Shown here: positions 10,020-20,300 of the stretch, one piece after another
Layout: each line of letters begins with the position of its first letter
How positions within the stretch are numbered: the first letter of the stretch is position 1
Virus record (IMG/VR): IMGVR_UViG_3300022555_003212
Direction: 5' to 3' (one strand)
From: an uncultured virus (IMG/VR IMGVR_UViG_3300022555_003212)
Taxonomy: Duplodnaviria; Heunggongvirae; Uroviricota; Caudoviricetes
Length of the DNA stretch: 64,000 nucleotides
Translations under genes and position numbers: made by a program
The notes under the pieces: model-generated
Told to the model about the DNA's origin: nothing
Seen by the model: the letters and a program-made list of their open reading frames with translations, nothing else
Databases searched by the model: none

Positions 10020-10092
10020 ATCCGCTAATTTCTTTGCTGCCTCCCGACAACTCCAAAGCCAAAAAATGATTGACTCAAAACTAACGAAATCC
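10020..10092 (-). ncRNA. candidate structured 5' UTR RNA (3-way junction)
   Basis: P1 CGTTAGTTTT/AGAAATTAGCG, P2 GAGTCAA/TTGGCTT, P3 GTTGTC-GGGA-GGCAGC. Confidence 0.45.
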
Positions 10093-10156
10093 AAAAAATG
10101 AACTCGATACAATGGTATATATAAAAAAGTTGGGTCTTTGTTTAAAATATTTTTTA

Positions 10157-10163
10157 ATATATA
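10157..10163 (+). promoter_or_regulatory. ATATATA box (putative late promoter), representative copy
   Basis: about 4-7 nt before the ATG at more than 15 N-tagged genes. Confidence 0.6.
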
Positions 10164-10169
10164 CAGATT

Positions 10170-10640
10170 ATGAAATATATTAAAAGGTTTGAAAGTATAG
10201 AATCTGATAAATTATTAATAAATAATGGTACAGTAGATCGTGTAACGTATTACAGTCAAGATGGGGTATCTATATTTAGGGAGCGTAATCAAAGATTACA
10301 AATGAATATTACTGGTGCAAATGAGGATATAATTTGCAGTATTGCCAGAATAATAAAACTGAATCTTAAAGATGTACCATTAGATATAGAATATGAAAGC
10401 AGAGGTGTAGATCATGATGTAGAGTATGTTGACTGGCTCAAGGCATTAATTATCCTCAATAAAGATTACAAGCAATTTATAGATACAGAATTGGGAAAAA
10501 AATATTTGAAAAAATTGAAAAGAATGTTTGATATTAAAGAAAAGTATTTATTTAATATCAAGAATAAAATGGAAATATTAAAAAAAGAAATGGATGTTGA
10601 AATTACCAAGGCTTTACATATTTCAAGATTCGACTTATAA
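10170..10640 (+). CDS. N-tag + FDL-tail protein
   Basis: MKYIKRFE...SRFDL. Confidence 0.8.
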   Translation: MKYIKRFESIESDKLLINNGTVDRVTYYSQDGVSIFRERNQRLQMNITGANEDIICSIARIIKLNLKDVPLDIEYESRGVDHDVEYVDWLKALIILNKDYKQFIDTELGKKYLKKLKRMFDIKEKYLFNIKNKMEILKKEMDVEITKALHISRFDL

Positions 10641-10642
10641 AT

Positions 10643-11017
10643 ATGATAACACAATTTAAATTATTTGAATTTGATGTTGATAAACAATATTTCTTTAAAT
10701 TTAAAGAAATTGAAGATTATTTTAATGGAAGTGTGGTAGATATAGAAAATTTCTTTGTTCATTTACAAGGAAGTGCAATAGTAATAATTCATGCAGATAA
10801 AGGTAGGATTCAACGTGGCTTGATGATTTTTAAACATATAGTATTGCTCAATCCAAAAACAAATTCATCTCCATATCTTATCGATACAGATACACTAAAG
10901 AATATAACGGCATCACCAGAAGATACTGTTAAAGTTTATGATGAAGTCCCAGACGAATGTAGGAAAGTATTAAAAGAAATCGAAAAGAAACGAACAGAAA
11001 ATAGATTTGACTTATAA
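10643..11017 (+). CDS. N-tag + FDL-tail protein
   Basis: MITQFKLFE...NRFDL. Confidence 0.8.
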   Translation: MITQFKLFEFDVDKQYFFKFKEIEDYFNGSVVDIENFFVHLQGSAIVIIHADKGRIQRGLMIFKHIVLLNPKTNSSPYLIDTDTLKNITASPEDTVKVYDEVPDECRKVLKEIEKKRTENRFDL

Positions 11018-11295
11018 TCCTTCAATTTTCTTTAATTTTTCCCGTCTCAAGAGTACAACTAAATCTTTTAATACTTTGGTTTCGATAAAAATCTTTGTGC
11101 TTCTTGGTTCTTTCGGTATACAATTACTACAATGATAAACAATTTCAAAATGTGTAGGCGAATGGCATCTTCTTCACTATTATTTATTTTATTTAATTTC
11201 TTCTTCCTAAGATCATTATTGTCGAATATTAATGGCATTGTTTTTAATTTTTCATAATCTTTATCTGTTAAAGTCTTTTTGTTAAATACAAAATC
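11012..11295 (-). pseudogene. chimeric remnant of the 3' ends of genes 12836..13258 and 12164..12418
   Basis: 11168-11263 identical to 12846-12941; about 11020-11167 is a diverged copy of about 12175-12322. Confidence 0.8.
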
Positions 11296-11359
11296 AAAAG
11301 TGCATAGAAAATCAATTTGATCTGTAAAATTTGATTTGTAAAAATAATATATAGTTAAA

Positions 11360-11935
11360 ATGAAACATAATATGATTACTAAGTATAAAGATTTCGTTAA
11401 TGAGAATAATCCTCATGGGTCATATAGTGGCGGTGTATATGACGCAGACACCTTAGAATTTGGCGATCCGCATACTTGGGTATGGGATAATAAAAGAAAA
11501 GAGAATTACTGTAAAAATTGCGGAGCAACAAGGTACAAGCATAAGGCTATCGATCATGATTTTTATAAATATTTAACCCCGTCAACCAACAGCCCAACAA
11601 CAGGAATGCCATATTGCGTTTCAGCAGAAAAAGAATTTAATCCAATCAGGGGTAAATCCGTTTCAGCTCCAGTTTCAACTAAATCTAAATTGCCTGATGA
11701 TGTTAGAACATTGATGATATTTAAAAAGAATTTAATTGAACAGGCAAATAAAGTAAAATATAGTAGATTCACATTAAATCAAACCAAAGAAGGTCGTATC
11801 ATGTACGACCAACTTACCAAAGAGTTATCTGAGCAGCGTAAAGAATTTGAGGAATTAAAACGTATGCTAATTCATCGATACATTGGACTTGGAAATGATG
11901 ATATTAAGGATTTAATTTCCAACATTAGTTATTAA
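11360..11935 (+). CDS. N-tag protein without FDL tail
   Basis: MKHNMITKYKDFVNE; CKNC motif; ATATATA box upstream. Confidence 0.7.
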   Translation: MKHNMITKYKDFVNENNPHGSYSGGVYDADTLEFGDPHTWVWDNKRKENYCKNCGATRYKHKAIDHDFYKYLTPSTNSPTTGMPYCVSAEKEFNPIRGKSVSAPVSTKSKLPDDVRTLMIFKKNLIEQANKVKYSRFTLNQTKEGRIMYDQLTKELSEQRKEFEELKRMLIHRYIGLGNDDIKDLISNISY

Positions 11936-12074
11936 GGATTTCATTAACAGTTTTGTCGGTACCTTTTCTGATATTTTTCGAAAGCTTAGCAAAACGACCA
12001 AAAGACACTTCAAATTCTTTTTTAAGTTCGGCTAACGTCTTTTCTTTTTTCGGGGAATTTGTTGTCTTTGCCAT
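11925..12074 (-). CDS. small hypothetical protein
   Basis: MAKTTNSPKK start downstream of a TATATTTG promoter at 12106-12113. Confidence 0.55.
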   Translation of the reverse strand: MAKTTNSPKKEKTLAELKKEFEVSFGRFAKLSKNIRKGTDKTVNEILNN

Positions 12075-12163
12075 GGTGTGTAGTATTAGTGTTGGTTTGA
12101 TGATGCAAATATACAACCATATTTCGAATAAAAAAAATTTCGAGTGAAAATATTTGAAAAAAA

Positions 12164-12418
12164 TTATGCGCCCCCTTCTATTTTCTTTATTTTCTGTTTT
12201 CTTAAGAGTATCACTAAATCTTTTAATATTTTTGTTTCAATAAGAATTTCTGTTGTTCTTGGTTCTTTAGGCGTACATTCACTACAATGAAATACAATAT
12301 CAAAATGTGTTGGAGTATGGCATTCACATTTTATATCATATCTAAAATATGTTCTTTGTAATGGTGCTTGTTTTTTACAAATATCGCATGTACCAAAATG
12401 AAATTCTGAACCACCCAT
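12164..12418 (-). CDS. Cys-rich protein, RxxKIxxI tail
   Basis: CDIC, CECH, CSEC; LRKQKIKKI. Confidence 0.75.
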   Translation of the reverse strand: MGGSEFHFGTCDICKKQAPLQRTYFRYDIKCECHTPTHFDIVFHCSECTPKEPRTTEILIETKILKDLVILLRKQKIKKIEGGA

Positions 12419-12420
12419 AA

Positions 12421-12855
12421 TTATAAACTATTTAATTCATTTAATTTTTTTCTTCTAACATCCTTAATTGTTTCTCGTTCCCAGTCTATATCTTCTTCTT
12501 TCATTGACTTTCTGGTATTTTGAGTTCGGTATGCTTTAATTATTTTTTTCCAGTCTGGTCTATTTTTCCAATGCCCAAGAATATCAATAAAATCCATCCA
12601 TTCAATATGCATTTCAATTTTAGAATATTGAATTAACCCATCATGCCGATCATTTAAAACCCGTATGTAATTACATCCAACAGTTTGATCAGCAATGAAG
12701 CACCCAAGATAAATTGCATATATAGGTGATGTTACATTAGCCTTATATTGTACACCATCATGTTCACCTTGCCGATATTCTTGAAATAATATATAATCAC
12801 CAAATGTTAAATCAGCAAGATTATTCAAAAGTGTATTAAGTTTTCTCTTCTTCAC
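12421..12855 (-). CDS. hypothetical, RxxKLxxL tail
   Basis: VRRKKLNEL. Confidence 0.75.
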   Translation of the reverse strand: MKKRKLNTLLNNLADLTFGDYILFQEYRQGEHDGVQYKANVTSPIYAIYLGCFIADQTVGCNYIRVLNDRHDGLIQYSKIEMHIEWMDFIDILGHWKNRPDWKKIIKAYRTQNTRKSMKEEDIDWERETIKDVRRKKLNELNSL

Positions 12856-13258
12856 TATTATTTATTTTATTTAATTTCTTCTTCCTAAGATCATTATTGT
12901 CGAATATTAATGGCATTGTTTTTAATTTTTCATAATCTTTAGTTGTTAATTTCTTTTTATTAAAAACAAATTCTCTTAATACATTATTTGAATGAAGATA
13001 CCCAACAAAATTACTTCCATACTTACATATTGACAATTCAGAATCTGTAAAAAATGCTTTATTAAGTAGTATATCAAATGCTTGTCTTTTTGATAAGTTA
13101 GTATTTAATTTTGATCTTTTTGTAAAATCAATACTATGCTCTATTGAATCCCTAAGCAATTCCATCTCATTATACGTGAAATCTGGATAAATATGATTAT
13201 TGCTGGTAGACCTATTACCTCTTGATCTTCTTCTATTTGTTATTTTTAGTGGTCTCAT
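12836..13258 (-). CDS. hypothetical, RxxKLxxI tail
   Basis: LRKKKLNKI. Confidence 0.75.
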   Translation of the reverse strand: MRPLKITNRRRSRGNRSTSNNHIYPDFTYNEMELLRDSIEHSIDFTKRSKLNTNLSKRQAFDILLNKAFFTDSELSICKYGSNFVGYLHSNNVLREFVFNKKKLTTKDYEKLKTMPLIFDNNDLRKKKLNKINNSEEEKT

Positions 13259-13493
13259 TTAATTTCAATATTTTTAATTTTCTTTCTTCTGATTCGGTAA
13301 TAAAAATATCATGTTGACAATTCAAATTAAATATTTCGTTATGTCCATTTTCACCTTCGATTCTTAAGAGCGGTAGAATAGATATTATTTTATATTTTTT
13401 ATCTTTAATGTAATACACCTTAAATTGATCACCATTCCAATCCCAATCTGGATAAGATTTCTTACATATAACAGTATCACCTACTTTGAACAT
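13233..13493 (-). CDS. SH3/KOW-like protein, RxxKIxxL tail
   Basis: MFKVGDTVIC...ERKLKILKL. Confidence 0.75.
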   Translation of the reverse strand: MFKVGDTVICKKSYPDWDWNGDQFKVYYIKDKKYKIISILPLLRIEGENGHNEIFNLNCQHDIFITESEERKLKILKLNETTKNNK

Positions 13494-13771
13494 TGATTAT
13501 CAAAATTTATTTTAGCTAATTTAATTCTTCGTAATTCTGACAAAGATACAAAATATTCTTCAAAATCATCGTCAATATAGAAATATTCCCTATGATTTGT
13601 TACTGGATCACATAATACTACAACTGAATATAAAGTTGAATCATATCCTTGCTGATGAACATCAACTATATTATAAATCTCACCTTCAATAAAATCTTGC
13701 ATAATTGATATTCCAAATCCACTCAAATCTGGGTGTGATTTTATACATTTAACCTTATCACCGATTTTCAT
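13481..13771 (-). CDS. SH3/KOW-like protein, RxxKLxxI tail
   Basis: MKIGDKVKC...LRRIKLAKI. Confidence 0.75.
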   Translation of the reverse strand: MKIGDKVKCIKSHPDLSGFGISIMQDFIEGEIYNIVDVHQQGYDSTLYSVVVLCDPVTNHREYFYIDDDFEEYFVSLSELRRIKLAKINFDNQCSK

Positions 13772-13923
13772 TTATTTTAATCAATTTTTTTCTACGTATA
13801 AATGATAGTCTATCAATGAAGATCATCTGAACAAGAATATATAAACCCACCACGCCTACTAAGATTAGAGCATCCCTTGCACGAGAATATTATTTTCTTT
13901 GTTTTCTTTGTCGGTCCTTTCAT
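13755..13923 (-). pseudogene. broken paralog of 13865..14149
   Basis: MKGPTKK..FSCKGC..stop, with the IRRKKLIKI tail in another frame. Confidence 0.45.
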
Positions 13924-14149
13924 CTAATTCGCTTAGTTTTTCTTTTCTTAATGTTTTCAATAAATATGGGCACCACGTTGGTGCTTCTAAACTTTTTGGT
14001 AATATATTTCCAAATGGAACATCCATCCAATCTATATCTGGATACACACACCCATTTGGTATCATTGTGTTGTTCGTTACCCATTTACATCCTTTGCAAT
14101 AGAATTTTTTAATACATGTTGGACCATCATTTCCGTTTATTAAATCCAC
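13865..14149 (-). CDS. Cys-rich protein, RxxKLxxL tail
   Basis: CKGC..PTWCPY..LRKEKLSEL. Confidence 0.75.
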   Translation of the reverse strand: MDLINGNDGPTCIKKFYCKGCKWVTNNTMIPNGCVYPDIDWMDVPFGNILPKSLEAPTWCPYLLKTLRKEKLSELDERTDKENKENNILVQGML

Positions 14150-14384
14150 TTATTTGTTTTAATTTTTGTTCTCTCATATATGCAAGTAATTCTTTATCTA
14201 AAATATTTTTAAGACTTGCATAATATGGAAATTGTTGTAATGATCTTGCTAAATCTGTTCGAAACCATTCATCAAAACTTTCAAATTTGAAATAACTGAA
14301 AGGGTTATAAATAGTTTCAGTTAAAGTTTTAAAAATTGGCAATTTAACAAAATACATACGGTTAGAATAAGAAACTTGACGCAT
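14127..14384 (-). CDS. hypothetical, RxxKLxxI tail
   Basis: MREQKLKQI. Confidence 0.7.
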   Translation of the reverse strand: MRQVSYSNRMYFVKLPIFKTLTETIYNPFSYFKFESFDEWFRTDLARSLQQFPYYASLKNILDKELLAYMREQKLKQISGFNKRK

Positions 14385-14393
14385 TAGTTAAAA

Positions 14394-17300
14394 TTATTTT
14401 TTAATAATCCAAGAATCATCTGGGTATGTTTTATAGTTTATCCCAACCATTTCTTCGACAGCTCTTTTAACACCATCATCGTTTATATCATGTCCAGAAA
14501 GGAATCCACCAGTTTTAATTTTTGGGTACCATGCTGCAATCTCAGCTTTAACATTGTCATAATCATGCGCAGCGTCTAAATATACTAAATCAAAAACATT
14601 ATCACCAAACAAGCCGCAAGCTTGAAGGCTGTCATTTTTAATTTTAATTATATTATCATATTTTTCTTTCATGATATCAAATTGTTTTTCGCTTTCAATC
14701 AACTTATCAATATCAATATGACCACCTTCACGCATATCTAAATATGAATTCCATCGATCTATGCAATATAATTCTTTACAGTGCAGGGCAAATAATTCTG
14801 ATGATACACCAGCAAAACTACCTATTTCACATATTCTAAAATCTGGTGTTACATTATCTTTTATAAGTTCATATAACCCATGGCAATTGTTATTCTGATC
14901 ATTATAATCATATGGATGATAAAACATCCTTGCCGTTGATAAAATTCGATCTATTGCATCTTCAGTTCTTTCGCCATAGAAATCACCGACTATAGTGAAA
15001 TATGAATTATATACATCACATATCTCCTTATCTTTAGCGATTGTATATTGATCCCAAACAGTACCACCTGACGGTGATAAATATTTAAGAAAATCTGATG
15101 AATGCTCAGCAACAATCATATCAACTTTTTGTTCTTGAGCAATACATGAAAACCAAATATCAGCATTGAAAAATCCACAAGTTTTTGCACCATTAAAATC
15201 ATCCAATGATATTTTCAATGTGCTGGAGTGATACACGGTTGCACATGTTGCGATTACATCCACTTTCTGATCTCCAATGACATCATCTAACGACTTATAT
15301 GGCTCCACTGCCCAGTACGTTGTAATAGGTCTTGGGGGCATTTTTCTACCATGTAATCCAATGATAGCTTTTCGGTCATATTTTTCAACTTTGGATATCA
15401 TATATTCAACAAAATTTGGTGGATATATAAAGTCGTCATCACATATTACAACGTATCCATTTCGTTTATCAACATCATAAAATTTGTATGCATCTCCGAT
15501 ATCATTATTAGTAATTTTATATGTTATTTTATCGGATGCTACAAGTTCGTATGGAATTTCACTAATAGAATATCCATTAAGTGTAATATGTAACTCGTCC
15601 ACTTGAGGTAAAATACTATTAACCGCATTCATTAGAATAGAACGCCTTGATGGTATGGTTGCCATTTGTGCAATGACCCTGCCACGTACCATTGTTGGTG
15701 AGGTATCAGATTTCTTTTTAACTCCTTCAAATTGCAAATATTTATGAAATCCAGGTAGGTCGGTTACTTGACTTTTATATGTTTTAAGTATCCTAATTTT
15801 ATTTTGGTATATTATATCATCGAGTTGTTGAGCTTCATCAGTGAAGAAATATAGATTGTCAGGATTAATCTTTTTGACAATATTATGCACAGATTTATGG
15901 ATAATATGACCATATTCACCATTTTCATTGTGGGTTACAATTTTAGTAAATTTTCTGCTATTTATAGTGTCTGCGATATCTCTTTCAACATCAGATTCAT
16001 TATATGGTATGGTACTTAAAGCATCTGGATAATTCAAAAATTCATAATCCGAAACACCTAACTTCAGCATAGCATTCTCAAATTCATTTTGCCTAACTTT
16101 TGAATCATTATTATCACCGCTACCGTCAGTAACAACAAGAACTTTCCACCCCGTTTCTTTAAGTATCATTCCCCCACCAAATATAGTTTCATCGTCAGGA
16201 TGCGCAACAATCATTAATTTATCCGCTGGGGTATTTAAAGATATTTTATAATCTTCCAAAAACTTATCTGCTATTTGAGGATTACGTTGACCATGATAAA
16301 AGATAATTTTATTATCCGACACCTCATTTATATTATCTTCATCAGTGAAGTCATACATGATATCAAACTTTTTATTATCAAGAATTTCCATATATTTAGG
16401 AAGATAATCTGTATGATAATCTTTAGATAACCAAGTAATTGGCATAAAACGTTTGTAATTATACTTCCAGAAAAGGCAATTGAATAATCTTTCTTCAGCT
16501 AATGCCATATCGTCTGAGCAATTTTCTGGATTCACATCAACAATAGCTTCATGTATTTCTATAACTTTCTTTAAAAAAGTCATTGATCTTAAATCAAACA
16601 TATACAACCCAGTTGCAACTGTAAAATTCATATTTCTCTTAACATCTAATAGTGTACCAAGTTCTTCTCCATGGTATTTTTCCTGTTTAACACCATCAAT
16701 AGTTCTCCAGTGAACCAATGTATCATGCTTGTAACGCATGCATAAAGGATAATTTTCCAACATCGATCCAAAAGTTTTAATTCTATCGATATTCTTGGTA
16801 GCTATACAATCACCATCAAGCCATATATAGGTTTTGGTTGGGTCTTTTTCTATGCAATCAATTGATGCATAAATTTTAGAATAATACAATCTTGTATCCC
16901 GTCCAAATTTATGTTCTAACGTTGTATCAACCCTACGTGAGAAAAGCATATTTGGATAATTAAAATTAACATCACAATTAAACCCATAAACAATTACTGG
17001 AATTGTTGAAAAAACTTCTAAACTTTTAACACAACGTTCAACTGCTGGTAAATAATTTATATCCCCGCCAGTAAGAAATACGAAATTTGCATTTGTTGGA
17101 GCTATAGTTGGTGTTATAATTGGGGCTATAGTTGGTGCTATAGTTTGGGATGTATTTTTAATTAAAGATGGAATTAATTCTGGCGAAATTTTTGAAATTT
17201 CATCTAATGTCATTTTTTTAACCTCAAGGTTTATAATTGCATAAAAATATGAATTTGCATAAACATGCCACCTAAAACTAAAATACTTAACCAATTCTGG

Positions 17301-20300
17301 TTTTATGGTACCTTGAATATCATTCCCATCGAAAACTACAAGGTCTGGTTCGGATTCAAACATCTTTGATTCAATTACAATTTCCGTATTCTTAACAACG
17401 GTATTACGTATATTACTTAACTGTTCAGCAATGACATCTACGTTATATCCATTTATAAAGTAATAATCAACATCTGGCGTGTATCCATCAAAAATAATAT
17501 TATGATCGAAATAAATTTCACGAAATAATGCTTTTTCAGAATCGGTATATTCTGAATTTAAAATTGAAACACATCTTCTTGATGCCTGTTTATTTAAACT
17601 ACTATAGTAAATTGAGTAGACATTTTCCCAAATGCTGTCATATTTACGGCTAATCGTTGGCTCAGATAGTTGCAAATTTTTTCTTCGCTCCAGCACAAAG
17701 GGCCAAATTTTATCGAATTCGAGTTCTTTTTTTAAAGCAGTGTTACTGGTCACCCTCATTCTAACATTGTGAATAACCCTTCCAAGATATAAAATTTTTC
17801 CAAGCTCTTCAAACTTAAGTATTTCAAGCAAATCGTCATGCTTACCAAGTTGCAAATCCATTCCTTGCTCAAAAGAATACGTCTTAGGTAAAATATTTCT
17901 AAATGCTCGTACTCCACCCCAAGTTTCACCAAATCTAAATTCATTGTATTTTACATAGTATTGGTGATAATCCAAAAAATTTTGGAAAAATTTATACATT
18001 TTAGTGTATCTTGGACGAATAAATGATTCATCATTAATATTTTCATTGTAGTGATTACTATTAGCATGAACATAAACAACCTCAGGGTTATTTTTAAATG
18101 TATTACTAAGCACTTCCAAGGCTACTGGTAAAAATGCATCGTCAGCGTCTAATGAGACAACAAATTCACCGTTGGCATATTTATGAGGATTCCAATATAT
18201 TTCTCTTTTTTCTTTTTGCTCAATATATTTAATTCGGCTGTCTTTTACTGCCCATTGCATTATTTTGCTTTTGGTATTATCGGTGCTGAAGTCATCAGTG
18301 ACGATCATTTCCCAATCTGTGTATGTTTGATCAATTACACTTTGAATTGTTTCGTCTACGTAATTTTCAGCGTTGAAAAATGGGGTTACAATACTAAATT
18401 TGACATTATTAGTATTGGGGTTTTTAAAAATACTTATTGTGTCAGTTTCTTCTACGTGATAATCTTCTTGCGAAATTAATTCAAGCCCATATTTAATAAG
18501 CATTTCATTAAAAACGTCTGGGCTCATATTTGATCTACCAGCTTTATTTTTGAACGATTCTATATTCCCACCACTAAAAAATGAGTGATGAATTATAGCA
18601 TATCCACCAGATCGTAACACTCTTTTAATTTCTTTTAAATAAGAATCAATAACTTCTTTATTCATATGAACGAAAGAATCCCATGAAAATATAAAATCAA
18701 AGGAATTGTCGTTAAACATACTAAGTGTCTTTCCGTTATTTATGGCATATTCTTTTATTTTATCACCAAATCTTTCACGACAACGTTTAATACAATTATC
18801 ATTCAATTCAACAATTGAAAGTGATTTTGTATGATCTAATAAATGCTTAGTTAATCTACCATATCCAGCCGCTATTTCCAATGTATCTTTACCGCTTACA
18901 TAGTTACTTATTTTTGGAAAAATTACATTGTTCCACAAATTAAATGAATTCCCCCAATTTTCACCATCATTATTCCATAGTGATGGATCGTTCCATTTTC
19001 TCTGTTCCTCAACATTATCATATTGTTTTACTGTTGATTGCACTGACACCTGTTGTTGTGCTTTTGGTTGTGATTGAAATTTTTCATAACTTTCGGTGAT
19101 AATATTGTAGGCTTTCTTTGCAGTATTTTCCCAAGAGAATTCGTTTCTTACTAATTCTGAGTCAGCAATTGCTTTTTCTTTATATTCCCAATAATTTTCA
19201 TACACATCACGCATAACCTTTGACAGGTCATCAAAGTCTGGCTCAATATAATTACCAGGAATTCCTTCTTGTGATTTAAACCCATGGTTACCTTCGATCA
19301 ATTTTGCGCCATAACCATAACTAAATTCCAATCCTTCTTTTGCTGGGCGTTCTTCAACTACTTTAACAGGATGCCCTTTACCTTTAGCAAATTCTAATTG
19401 TGCTCCCCAATCTGAATATATAGATGGTGTCCCACAAGCCAGTGCTTCGATAAGTGGAAGATTCCAACCTTCACTTCTGGCACATGATAAAAAAACATGA
19501 CCATTTCTTAAATAATCAACATACTCTTTTCGACCAAGGAAATGTAGTATTTTAATTCTATCGTCTTCCAGTTTATATTCTTTCAATCGTTGTTCTGTTG
19601 TTTCGCATCCATCAACTGCATATGGGTTGTCAACTGATATTATTAAATCAACAGGCTCTTCTTTTTTGAAGGTTTTAAGAAATGTATCAATTATCTCCCT
19701 TGTTGATTTTCTATAATCCCACCGTCCGAAAATAATAAACTTAAACCTATTATCCTTATATAACTCCAAATCATTATTAAATGGCTCAGGGTTGAACATC
19801 TTTCCATCAACAGCCTCTGGTACCACATAGACTCTTTCGGCTGGATAACCTTGGTTAATGGAGCATTGGCGTTGCCATTCTGTTGGAACCCACAATTGAT
19901 CATATTTTAATAATGCGTTAAAATAATTTTCTGGTTGTAATGTAGATTCCCATACATTATAAGCAATCTTAAAATCACTTCCATATTTATCAAGTTGAAA
20001 AAAATAATGGTGATTTGTTTCATTTAATATGATATGGACTAAGTTATCTTTTGGAAAATTTAAACCACTATAAATTGGAGCATCATAAAATGATCCTTTA
20101 TTTGGTTCACTACCTTTTATGACTGTTTGTTCACACATTAACGATCTTTGGTAATCGGTCATATATTTTTCATCTTCATGAGGAGTAGCGGATAACCCAT
20201 TCCACACTTCACCTACAGTGAAATTCCGTACTTTTACCTGTACAATTTTGCTAAGTTCGGTGAAAAAATCCCTTGCATGGGCATTATAGCCAGTTTGCCC

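Noticed and set aside
11168..12941. Diversity-generating retroelement TR/VR pair
   Set aside because: The 96-bp repeat is identical, flanking differences are not adenine-specific, and there is no reverse transcriptase in the window
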